A DNA stretch of 64,000 nucleotides, from positions 1,642,912-1,706,911 of the forward strand of contig NW_003314301.1 of NCBI RefSeq assembly GCF_000143415.4, written 5' to 3'. Position 1 is the stretch's first letter; each line of letters starts with the position of its first letter. This stretch comes from Selaginella moellendorffii. Lineage: Eukaryota > Plantae > Lycopodiophyta. The position numbers and the translations under genes were made by a program. The notes beneath the pieces were generated by a model. The model did no database searches. It had not been told where the DNA came from and was given only the letters and a program-made list of their open reading frames with translations. This document shows positions 52,090 to 62,159 of the stretch, one piece after another.

Positions 52090-54078
52090 CTAGGATGGCC
52101 CCTTCCTGCTCAGAGTGGAATTTAATGTTTTTACCGTGCTATTTAGTATTGTTCTGACCTTCTTCTCCCATGACCATTTCTCCTCGAGCAAGCTAATCTC
52201 CTCCTCGTCACCATCATCGTAAAGTATCTATGTACAAGCATGCACAAGAAAAATTTAAGAGGCATGTACATGCACAGTAGGAGCATGTACAAGCAATGTT
52301 TAATAGGCATGACAAAAACGACACTCACCTGATGTTTGCCAATCGAGGCGTTGTAGCGTATGATCCGTCCGCTGTAGTATCTACAAGATTTATAAAGCTT
52401 TCAGTAGCAGAAAAAGAATAGGCAGCATCACGTACTTTTGGTCGAGAGGCCACCATACTCGTACTCTGTGTCCGACAGAGTTTCTCGAATGCGCGAAAGG
52501 AGACACAGCTGTAAAAGCAAACAGTGTTCAAGCAAACGAAAGAAAGAGAAATGAAAAGAGAGAAAGAACCTTCCATACATGGTGCATCGGAGATTATCTG
52601 CTTGAACTCCTTTGGTTTAGAAAAGTTCTGCGTTTCTGGAGCATCCATCTTTTCCTGTTCTGGAAAAAACTACGCAACGGAAAAGCCTGTCAAAAACCTT
52701 AAGTTTCGTATTTACCTGAACCATTTCTCCTTGCACATTCTGATTCTGTAGCTTAGTTGGCCTAGAGCCGCCAAGTATCCCTTTGCAATTTTTGGATCCG
52801 CAGTGACACTGCTGCTCCGTCCCGAATTGAATGTACCTGCACGAAAGATTAGCAGTGTCACGAAGGTAGTTCCACTTACTTGTAATCGTATGTTATTTCC
52901 TGACCCTTCAATATACGAGATACTGCGAACACGCCAATTCTAAGCTCTCCATCGCATTGCCTGGAAATAGTAATTTGCTCGTAAGTAGATTGTAGAAGAA
53001 TTTGGCAGACCATTTTCGCAATTGTGCGTTGGGATCGCAACTGTGATTGATAAATCGAGACATATTGCCCTTGAAGGTCGCGTCGATCACCTTGTCGTGA
53101 CCGACTTCACAGAGGTAGAAGTTATTCTCGCCACGTTCTTTCAGATCCCATAATCTTTCTTCACACGTCTTGTCGTCAATTACTGCAGAAAGGAAAATGA
53201 GAACATTTAAACTGAAAATCTAAATTACCTTCGCCAATGTACTCGATCAAAAAATCGCCTCGCTCAATATTTTCATCCGCAAAAAGACCCCATCCACAAT
53301 TCTCCGTCTGCCAGAACCACATTCTTAAGGACACAAATGAGATTACAACGGTACCTCTTTAAGTCTTAGCCTCCGGCCATCACGCTTTTGAAAAGGAAGA
53401 TTCTCGCATTTGCCTTCACAAGCGCAGCTGGATGAACAACTAGTGTACAGTAATCTAAAACCACCATCAAAGAAAATTAACAAACAAAAGAGTGAACGAA
53501 GACAAATACCTGCAAATGCAGTCTGACGAGCAGATTTTTGATCCTTTGCAAGAGCACTGCATTCCATCGTCTTTGGAGACTTTCGGCGTTTTCTTCGTGA
53601 GATAAACATCTAAAATGTGAGAGAGAATAAAATATATAAGACAAGAGAAATAGAAGTCTTACTGCGTCTTATGTGAATATATGGAGGACTTTCTTGGTCC
53701 AGGCGCTTGATCCAAGAAGAAGGTAGACGAAAATCGCAAGGCCGGAGTGGAAGACGCTCGAATGCTACCTTTGGATCACTCGTTTGTTCTACATTCCAGA
53801 ACTTGAAAGAAACAGAAACCAATCAGCATTTTCCTATACTCACAAGCGATGCACTGACCTCGAAACCGACGAGAGCTGCTCCATTGATCGTCTCTCCGCC
53901 GGCGAGTGACTGGAGGACGCACTGCGATGCCTCTGATCGAAGAAAATCTCCTTCTATAGACCTTCGTTCTTGGATCCGCGGCCATGTCCTTCTCTGGATC
54001 TTCCGCTGCTGCCGATAGAGGAGAATGCTGGTGATCGCAGCGCTGGCCAAGCTCCAGCCCTCTCTGCTGGTTCGCCAT
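52090..54078 (-). CDS. SET-domain histone lysine methyltransferase, ASHH3/ASHH4-like, multi-exon
   Basis: PPYIHIRR, cysteine-rich AWS region, CGWGL, IEYIGE/VID, IDATFKGNMSRFINHSCDPN and post-SET CHCGSKNC. Start and end are approximate. Confidence 0.85.
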
Positions 54079-54085
54079 CGCTGCT

Positions 54086-54170
54086 AAAAACCCTAGCTTT
54101 TGCTCTTCGCTATGGCAAGAGAATATTTCAAATATGAGCGGGACAATGTATTTTAGGTTTAGGTTTTAGG
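54086..54170. promoter_or_regulatory. Telo-box motifs in the 119-bp bidirectional promoter between the SET gene and TFIIIA
   Basis: AAAACCCTAG at ~54087 and TTTAGGTTTAGGTTTTAGGG at ~54151-54170. Confidence 0.55.
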
Positions 54171-54197
54171 GCTCCAAGAAAGGCTGCGCGACCCGCG

Positions 54198-55668
54198 ATG
54201 GACACCAGCTCCAGCGATTCTGATCAATCCGATAGCAGCTATGGGAGCGAGGATTGCGAGAGCACCAGGTATGAGAGCGAGGATTTCGAGACCGGCAGCG
54301 CCAGCGCGAGCAGCAGCGATCAAGAAGAGAAAAAATACGAGTGCCGTGAGTGTGGAAAGAAGCTGGGAAAGCCTTCCTTGCTCCGGCAGCACCTCCTCTG
54401 TCACTCGAACGAGGTAGAATTCTATCGCTTTCTCCTCCGACTGATCGAGATCCTTTCACGCAGAGGAAATTTTGCTGCCCTGTCGATTCTTGCGGCGCCA
54501 AATACAAGTGGGAGAATCACCTCAAGCGTCACATAAATGACAAACACGATGGAAAGGTCCATGCCTGCTCGCGGCCGGGATGCATTTTCACCACCAGGAT
54601 TTTACACGACTTAAAGCGACACACGAAGCTTCACGAAAAGAAAGGAACGCTCCAGCGCCACCGAGACAAAGGCTTGGAGGAAGCAAAGGAGCACGCTTGC
54701 AAGGAGGAGAAATGTGGCAAAGCTTTCCGGTATCCATCACAGCTTCGGTATCATGAGGAGACATGCCATGGTGAGGCTTGTTTATATACTTCTTAGGTGA
54801 GCTTCGACGTCAACACCGGATCTCGATGGAACTCCGAAGTGGAAAAGCTACTCCAGAGTAGTATTGAGGCGGGTGACTGCCTCAAGAAGTCCCGGATAGG
54901 AGGTGAGAGCCAATCCAGGGTTTTGGGATGGGTGACCTCTCCGATTTTTCTAGACTTGATATGCTCTCAGTATGAGGTACTTGTATATTATCGGTTCGGT
55001 CTAACCATGTGTTCTTTTCTGCAGCAGGAGAAATCTACGTTGATATAGTCTGTTCCGAGCCGGGTTGCAACGAGCGTTTTGATCACCCTTCGGACTTGTC
55101 CGAGCACACAAGGAACGCTCACAAGTACGTGTTCTGCGAAGTATGTGGCAAGCAGTGCATGCGGTCGAAAATCAAGAGGCACTATGCGACTCATGACAAA
55201 GCGGGACTCTTGAATCGGGAACGTATAAAATGTCCCTATCCGGACTGCCCGCTCACCTATCTACAGGTCTTTTGTTTTATGACCACATTGTTTGCCTGCT
55301 CATCTTTCGTCACGTGTCTCGCAGGAAAATAACCTTCGAAAGCATATCAAGGTTGCCCACCTGAAATTCAGACCGTATCCATGTTCCAACCCAGAGTGCG
55401 GAAAGTCCTTTGCTTACAGGCACGTCAGAGATAACCACGAGAGATCAGTTCACCTTCCCGTACGTGAAACTCCTCCCATTCCTCTCACAATCCCTCATTT
55501 CCGCATCGGTTTGACTGTCTCCAGGGCGATTTCGTAGCGGAGGATCTCCGGAAGAAGCCGAAGGCGAGCAGTAAAAAGCGAAAGATTGTAGAGCGCGTGG
55601 AGGATATTTTTACGAGGCCCGAGAAGAAGAAACGGCGCAAGGGTAACTATTTGGAATTCACCGCCTGA
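54198..55668 (+). CDS. TFIIIA: Transcription factor IIIA (C2H2 zinc fingers); exons 54198-54413, 54464-54770, 55025/55028-55266, 55325-55459, 55525-55668
   Basis: Eight C2H2 fingers matching plant TFIIIA in order (CGKAFRYPSQL, CSEPGC, CEVCG..IKRH, FAYRHVRDNHE, then GDFV and a basic tail). A 5S-like element sits in intron 2. An alternative 3' end near 55733 is possible. Confidence 0.88.
54788..54904 (+). ncRNA. 5S rRNA-mimic cis-regulatory RNA (P5SM-like) in TFIIIA intron 2
   Basis: CACCGGATCTCGATGGAACTCCGAAGTG..AGAGTAGTA..GGGTGAC..GAAGTCC aligns with plant 5S rRNA. Helices I-V can be paired by eye, with compensatory changes. Confidence 0.88.
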
Positions 55669-57246
55669 TTCATTGTTTGTTTGTGTCGTGACTCTTTATT
55701 TTTCTTTTTTTCTTTTTTCCAGGCCATCAGCAGTAGCACCAGCAACAATAACCAATGCAGACGAATTCACCAGGAAAATTCACGCACAGGGTTCTTGGCG
55801 GTCGCGCCTGGGAAGAAAAATTTCTGGCGGAGAGCGAAGGTAGGTGGACCTGGGCTGGATTTTATCCCGTGGAGAGAAGGCTGCCACGCGGGCGGGGGAT
55901 TTATGAGGCGATAACTTCCAGGGAAGGCTTCACGTGGGCGTTTGGCGTACTGAGGGCGGTCGTATAATGCCTACGGCAGCAGGTGTGCGTCACATCGGCT
56001 ACTTTGAAAACAAGTGGGGCGGAGCGAAAGATTTGCGAATCTTTCACTTCAGGTACAAAGCCTTGGATGGCGGTGATCGATACAGGTGTCTAAGGACAGG
56101 GAAAGCAAGAAAAATTCTTTTTTTTCCACTCTTTTTTCCTGGCCTTGGGAGGAACAGCTTACCTAGTTAGTGTGGAATCACGGAGCGAAAGGGACAGGGG
56201 AACGAAGACGTGGTGCTCGGGCCAATTTTTCTTTCGGCGAGCCGACGGGAAAACATCGTCCAGACGGGCGAATATGCCGTGTCAAACTTGTCGCGTTTAG
56301 GGTGGGTTTGACTTTGGGGAGGCGCTGCTGCGAGCGCGGTGGTATTCAGGGGCGGCGGCGGCCCGGCTTCCTGGCTTCTACCTTTCGATCGGTAATGAAT
56401 TTCGTTTTGAGGCTATGCTCTCAATCGTAGATTTTGCTTTGCAGCTTGTCACGTGAAAATTTTTGATGATTCATCGAGCCCGGTACTGGTTACTGTCCTT
56501 CTCTTTAATTTCCTGATTGCCTTGAGGCGTTTGTGTGTGGGTGTGAGTGAGCTCTTTAGCTGGTAACTCCAGCGGCAAGGGAGCGCGAGAGCGCGATCAT
56601 TGCCCAGTCCCTGCTATGTATATTATTATTGCTGAGGTACTATGAGCGGTAGAGCCTTGCGTACTTTGTGCCTTCCGTGGCTTATCTTCGAGCACGGAAT
56701 TTGCTTTGAGTGTGATTCCGCTTGTCCGGGTTTGAGAGTTAGTGTAGCCTCTTCTCTTCCGGTGGATCCCAGTCTAACTCTGAGAGGAGTTTCTTCCTTG
56801 TGCCTTGTGTTAGTGAGTGTAAGTTAAATCACGGAGTTCGAGGTGGTGATTGTGTTTATTCGCTGGGTCTGGGTTAACCAACGTTAACAAACCAGTGTAG
56901 CTATGAGTGCTTTGTGTCGTCGCCTGAAAATACGAGCTGTTTCGTAGAGAGGAGAAGTGTGCGATTCAGTCTGGCCCTCTTTCAAGTTGGTCCAGCTCAA
57001 GCTTTTACTCGGCTCAATTTGGTGTACCCGGGCTTCTGCTTATCTCTTGTTAAGCATATGAAACACAACGGACTGGGAGAGGGCTGCAAAGAGCAGAGCC
57101 GAGAAAGCAGCAGCTCACAAGCTCTACTGGACGGTTGGTTTCTGTTCCTTTCTTTCTAGCTTTCTTTCTCTGTGTGTGCTTCTCAATCTCTTTCCCGTTT
57201 GTTGCAGGGGCGATCCAGATCAAACCTTCTGGATAGCGATCGAATC

Positions 57247-58825
57247 ATGCAGCAAGCTGGAAGTGACAAGCATACTATATCCATGGAAGCTCCGTGTGCG
57301 ACAACTTCGGAAAATATTTCCGACTACGACACACTGTCGCCTGCTCCATTGTCTCCTTACGACGGGTCAACTCCTGATCCTGGATTTGTGACACCTCGAA
57401 CACCCCAAACAACGTCTCCGGTTTCTCCATACGTCAATGTGGCTTTCGAAGACCTCATACAAGCGGGACAAATGCTGGATGCAGTCCCTGTTAACAAGAA
57501 CGACCCTGATGAAGTATGCTTTCCCAGGCGCTCATCATTTTTTTTTTCTTCTTCGTCTTCAGTTTCGTTGTTGCTTAAAGCTTTTCTGATGTGCAGCAGC
57601 CGCCCAAGAAGTTTTGCTCGCTACTGGAAAATACCTCTGTTCTCGCTCATCTGGCGACTTTTGGAGTTTTAGGCGTGAGTAAAGTGGATGCTTCATGCGC
57701 TTCTAATCACATGTCCTTTGTCCCCTTTGCAGGTTCTAATCCGGTACAGCCTCGGGCGGCTGTTTGACAATGTTGGACATGTCACAAACGCTCAAGAAGC
57801 TCTTTTTCATGATCTTGCGGCAAATATGGTAAGAGAACCGAAGGCCCGGAGCTCATACAAGAGCTAAATCTCTTTCTTTTTTGCTTTTGTAAGTTCGGTT
57901 CATTCTTCATGGGATGGGTGGGCTGTGTGCTCAAAAAGGATATCTCACACTTTTCGGAGCATTTAGCTCTTGGGCTCTCGACCGGACTCATGGGTAGCAT
58001 CACAACCTTCTCGTCGTGGATCGTCAAGCTGGTCGTTGTTATGACCAAAGGTTTATGGTTAAGAGGTGTCATCGGCCTTCTTGTCGGTAAGGCGCTCTTG
58101 CTTACTCTATAAACATCTCGTAACTCCTCGGTTTGATCTTAAATACAGGCATGGAACTGTCGATGATGTCTTTACTGGTGGGAATGCAGTCAGCAGAATG
58201 GTTTCGCTCTCTCCTGATCTGGCTAAAGCTCACAGAAGTCGCGGCTGATAATGTCCAGAGAAAGCTCAAGGGCCTCTTGATTTTTCTGACAACGGCTCTG
58301 GTCTTGTGGACACTGTTCCTGTCTCTGGGAGTCGAGGACATTAACAATTTGGAGAGACGGACTTTGTGGCTTGCCTGCGTTTTGAGCCCGCCAGGCGTTT
58401 GGCTGAGATGGCTACTCGCTAGACACAACGGCAAAGGACTCGGACATTCGAAGACACTGAGATGGATCCCGTGGGGTACGCTGGCAGCAAATCTCCTGGC
58501 GTGCCTCACAGGTGCCACTCTCTCGGCTGTCCAGCTCGCAGTACGTACCTCTCGCTTTAAAACTTTGGTCAGAGCTGATTCTTTCTTTCTTCAGGCAAGG
58601 AACAACCACGAGTCGACGCTGTGGATCGGAGCACTCCATCTGGGAACTTTGGGATGCCTCAGCACAGTGTCAACGTTTGTTGTCGAAGTTCACACACTTG
58701 CCAAGGGAGACAAGCCGTGGAGAGCTTACGCCTACGCTATGGCATCGATCGGCCTGGGAGTTCTAGTTTGCATCGTCTTCTTCGCCACAGTCGTTTGGGT
58801 CAGAGGCTACGACATCGTTCTATAG
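57247..58825 (+). CDS. FEX: Fluoride export protein (CrcB/Fluc tandem-domain, FEX), multi-exon
   Basis: HLATFGVLG/VLIRY, DLAANM/FGSFFMG, GLMGSITTFSSW, PPGVWLRW, GTLAAN and GTLGCLSTVSTF: two CrcB signatures. Confidence 0.88.
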
Positions 58826-60694
58826 CAGGGAAGTTCCAAGAAACTTTCTTTCTGGAAGAACTTTACTCGTCAAAAAGCTTCTCTTTTTCTTCTTACACGT
58901 GCTTACAGTACTATCGTTGTAGTTAGAGTACAGATTCGCAAGCAAGAGACAAGCCGAGGCGGCGAAGCCATCGCCACCGCGAAGCTCGAGCACCGCATTC
59001 ACAGCTTGCGAGGTATGCTGGAGATCACTGTGGCTCTTACACGAGCTCAAGAAGCACACCCATTCCAGGGCCTCGGGAACGAACGGCATGTTGGCGATGA
59101 GATCCCTGGCCTCGTCCAGGTGCCCGGCTCGCGAGAAGAGATCGATCATGCAGCAGTAGTGATGCTTGCTCACCGTGATCTCAAAGTCGGAGATCATGGA
59201 AGAGAACCAGTTTATCCCGAGCTCCACTTTGCCAGCGTGGCTGCAAGCGAGCAAGGCGAGCACGAAGCAGACTTGGTCGGGAGTTTTGCTCAGCTTTCCT
59301 GCGTGGAAAGCTTCCATGGCCGTGAGGGGATGCCCGTTTTGGGTATAAGCTGCGATCATAGCCGTCCAGGAGACCAGGTCTCTCTCCGGCATGGAATCGT
59401 AGAGGCTCTTTGCCTTGCAAAGGTGGCCGCTTTGCGAATATGCCGTGAGCATCGCGTTCCAGGATTCCGGTATCTGCTCGGGCATGCTGGAGAAGATTCG
59501 TGTGGCTAGTGATAGAAAGCCGTGCTGGTAAAATGCTGCCATTATAGTCGTCCACGAGACAAGATCCCTTTGTGGCATCACATCAAACATGTGCTTTGCG
59601 TGCTCTAGATGCCCGTTTCGGGAATATGCCGCGAGAGTGGCGTTCCAGGATGCTAGATTCCGCTGGGGCAGTGCGTGGAACAGGGCTGTGGCTGTGGTGA
59701 GGCGGCCGGATTCTCCATATGATGCTATCATTGTGTTTGACGACACTAGATTCCTTGTTGGCATTTTGTAGTATATCCTTTCTGCGTCAGAATGATTCCC
59801 ATTATGAGCATATGCTGTAAGCATTGACGTCCAAGAGATGATGCTACGTCGCGGCATCTTCTGGAATATTTCCTCTGCTCGCTTAAGATGCCCGTGCTGC
59901 GAATAAACATATAACATGGAATTCCATGAGATCAAGTCGTGCTCAGGCATGTTTTCAAATAGATTAATAGCTAATTGCAGATTTTTGCTTTGGCCAAATG
60001 CAGCCAGCATGGAATTCAAGCTGACGAGATTCATTTGTGGCATCTCATCAAAACTGCGTCTGGCATCGTCAAATAATCCGTTTTGTACATATGCAGCTAG
60101 CATGGCATTCCAGACCACAATATCGTGCTCAGGCATCTCATTGAAAATTCTTTTCGCATCCACAAGATGCCCAGTTTGGGCATATGCCACAAGCATTGCG
60201 GTCCATGCAACAAGATTCCTCTGCGGTATTTGCGAAAACAGGTGCTCACTTTGCAGTAGATGTCCATCCTGAGCATGTGCGTCAATCATAGCCGTCCACG
60301 ACACTAGATCTCTCTCAAGCATGGAATCAAACAGGAATCTAGCCTCTTGAAGATCCCCAACTTGGGAATATAAACTTAGCATCACATTGCAAGCTACAAC
60401 ATCCAGCATGGGCATCTTTGTGAAGCATTCTTTTGCTTCATCACTGAGATCGCGTCTCACGTACGCAGTGATCATCAGGACCCAACTGAAGGTGTTCTTA
60501 GTGATTATTCCATCGAATATTTCCTTTGCCATCTCGAAGCTCCCACACTTGCTGTAGAGCTCCAGCATCTTGTTGCACAGAAACACATCGTCAAAACTCC
60601 ACACTTCTTGGAGCTGGCGGTGAATTTCTTGGGCTGCTGCCAGTGACTTGCAAGATTGGATCAAACGGAGGCAATCAGATCGAAGATTTTTCAT
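58820..60694 (-). CDS. PLS-class PPR protein with E domain
   Basis: Long array of MPxxxLxSW 31-aa motifs, then HYCCMIDLFSRAG..ACLLLANLY. First ATG at 60694. Confidence 0.9.
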   Translation of the reverse strand: MKNLRSDCLRLIQSCKSLAAAQEIHRQLQEVWSFDDVFLCNKMLELYSKCGSFEMAKEIFDGIITKNTFSWVLMITAYVRRDLSDEAKECFTKMPMLDVVACNVMLSLYSQVGDLQEARFLFDSMLERDLVSWTAMIDAHAQDGHLLQSEHLFSQIPQRNLVAWTAMLVAYAQTGHLVDAKRIFNEMPEHDIVVWNAMLAAYVQNGLFDDARRSFDEMPQMNLVSLNSMLAAFGQSKNLQLAINLFENMPEHDLISWNSMLYVYSQHGHLKRAEEIFQKMPRRSIISWTSMLTAYAHNGNHSDAERIYYKMPTRNLVSSNTMIASYGESGRLTTATALFHALPQRNLASWNATLAAYSRNGHLEHAKHMFDVMPQRDLVSWTTIMAAFYQHGFLSLATRIFSSMPEQIPESWNAMLTAYSQSGHLCKAKSLYDSMPERDLVSWTAMIAAYTQNGHPLTAMEAFHAGKLSKTPDQVCFVLALLACSHAGKVELGINWFSSMISDFEITVSKHHYCCMIDLFSRAGHLDEARDLIANMPFVPEALEWVCFLSSCKSHSDLQHTSQAVNAVLELRGGDGFAASACLLLANLYSNYNDSTVSTCKKKKRSFLTSKVLPERKFLGTSLL

Positions 60695-60714
60695 TAGATG
60701 GAAGCTACACAAAG

Positions 60715-62130
60715 TTACAAAGAAGTATGCAACTTGTAAGCTCCAAGAACAGCATTCTGAGCCACCTGGTTTGGCTCGAATGGCATTCTCTCAATCAATT
60801 CTTCCACATCCTCAACTCTCCCGATCTTACACAAGAGATCGACAATGCAAACGTAGTGATCCAGTGCTGGCTCAATCCAGAAATCCGAGATTCCAGTTCG
60901 CATATAATCGATTCCATCAGCGAACAAGCCTCCATGGCTGCAAGCCAGCAATATCCCAAGGAAAGTCACCCCGTTTGGCTCGATTCCCTCCAAAACCATT
61001 CCTTGGAAAGCATCTATCGCCCCTTGAGCCTCTCCATTCTGCGAATATGCCGTGATCATCGTGTTCCAAGTCACGTTGTTCTTCCGTACCAAGGTTTGAT
61101 CAAAAAAGTTCTTTGCCAGATCCACCTTGCCACACCGGCCATAGAAATTCACGATTGCATTCGTAGTCACGTCGCTAGCTCTAAAATCACATTCCTCGAG
61201 GAGTAACTTACCCATGGTAAATTCCGAGACATCCGCGCAGGCATCAAGGATGGTAACAAAGATAAACTTGTCGTAACAATGCCCGCTGCCCTCGAGGTCC
61301 ATTACCCGGAAGAAATCAATGGCTTTCCTGCATTGCCCGTTTTGGGCATATGCCCCGAGAATGGCCGCCCACGTAACAGGATCTTTGAATACCAAGGAAT
61401 CAAATGCTTTCTTTGCACTTTCAAGCTCTCCACACTTCGCGTATGCGGCGATCATGCTCGTCCACGAGTAAAGTTCGTGGCAAGGCATCAAGTCAAGAAC
61501 AAATCTTGCATTTTGCAAATGCCCGTTTTGGGCATATGCCGTTAGTAACGTACTCCACGAAACACAACTTCGTTCTGGCAAGCGGTCGAATTCGAACCTG
61601 GGACCAGACAAACTACCCGTCCGTACTTGAGCCAGCAAGCCCGCATTTGAAGAATGTACGTTTTGGGCCGGCATTTTGTTCAAGACATCATACGCTTTCC
61701 GCAAATGCCCAACTTTGGCATAAGCAGTAACAAGGCTGGTCCAGGACGCAATGTCCTTTGCTGGATTCTTGTCGAAATAATGTTTTGCTCGATCATATAA
61801 AAGCTCGCGGGAAAACACACTTATAATCCCGTTCCAAGAAACGATATCTTTCTCTGGCATCCCATCAAACAGCGCTTCCGCGTTTTGCAAATGCCCAATG
61901 TCGGCATAAGCAAGAAAAAGCGCGGTCCACGAAACAGCATTTCTCTGAGGCATTATTTCAAAAGCTCGTGTCGCTCGATCGATTAGCCGCGCTCGCAAAA
62001 GCCCAGTAATCAGTATGTTCCAGGAGAAAACGTTTCTGTGCGATCTCTTGGAAAACTCGAGCTCTGCTTCAAGAATTCGCCCATGAAGAAATAAGTGCTG
62101 GATAAGCAGATTAGAGTGATAAGTAGTCAT
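60715..62130 (-). CDS. PLS-class PPR protein with a short (partial) E domain (471 aa)
   Basis: PLS motifs, then HYVCIVDLLCKIG..MPFEPN..LGAYKLH and a stop. Confidence 0.88.
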   Translation of the reverse strand: MTTYHSNLLIQHLFLHGRILEAELEFSKRSHRNVFSWNILITGLLRARLIDRATRAFEIMPQRNAVSWTALFLAYADIGHLQNAEALFDGMPEKDIVSWNGIISVFSRELLYDRAKHYFDKNPAKDIASWTSLVTAYAKVGHLRKAYDVLNKMPAQNVHSSNAGLLAQVRTGSLSGPRFEFDRLPERSCVSWSTLLTAYAQNGHLQNARFVLDLMPCHELYSWTSMIAAYAKCGELESAKKAFDSLVFKDPVTWAAILGAYAQNGQCRKAIDFFRVMDLEGSGHCYDKFIFVTILDACADVSEFTMGKLLLEECDFRASDVTTNAIVNFYGRCGKVDLAKNFFDQTLVRKNNVTWNTMITAYSQNGEAQGAIDAFQGMVLEGIEPNGVTFLGILLACSHGGLFADGIDYMRTGISDFWIEPALDHYVCIVDLLCKIGRVEDVEELIERMPFEPNQVAQNAVLGAYKLHTSL

Positions 62131-62159
62131 TCCATTGCTAAATCTTACTAACTTCCCGG

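Noticed and set aside
54788-54904. A genuine 5S rRNA gene
   Set aside because: Too diverged in helices I, II and IV, box A altered, single copy inside an intron; better explained as a mimic.
55900-57246. Fluoride (crcB) riboswitch upstream of FEX
   Set aside because: No recognisable crcB aptamer consensus, and this riboswitch class is prokaryotic.
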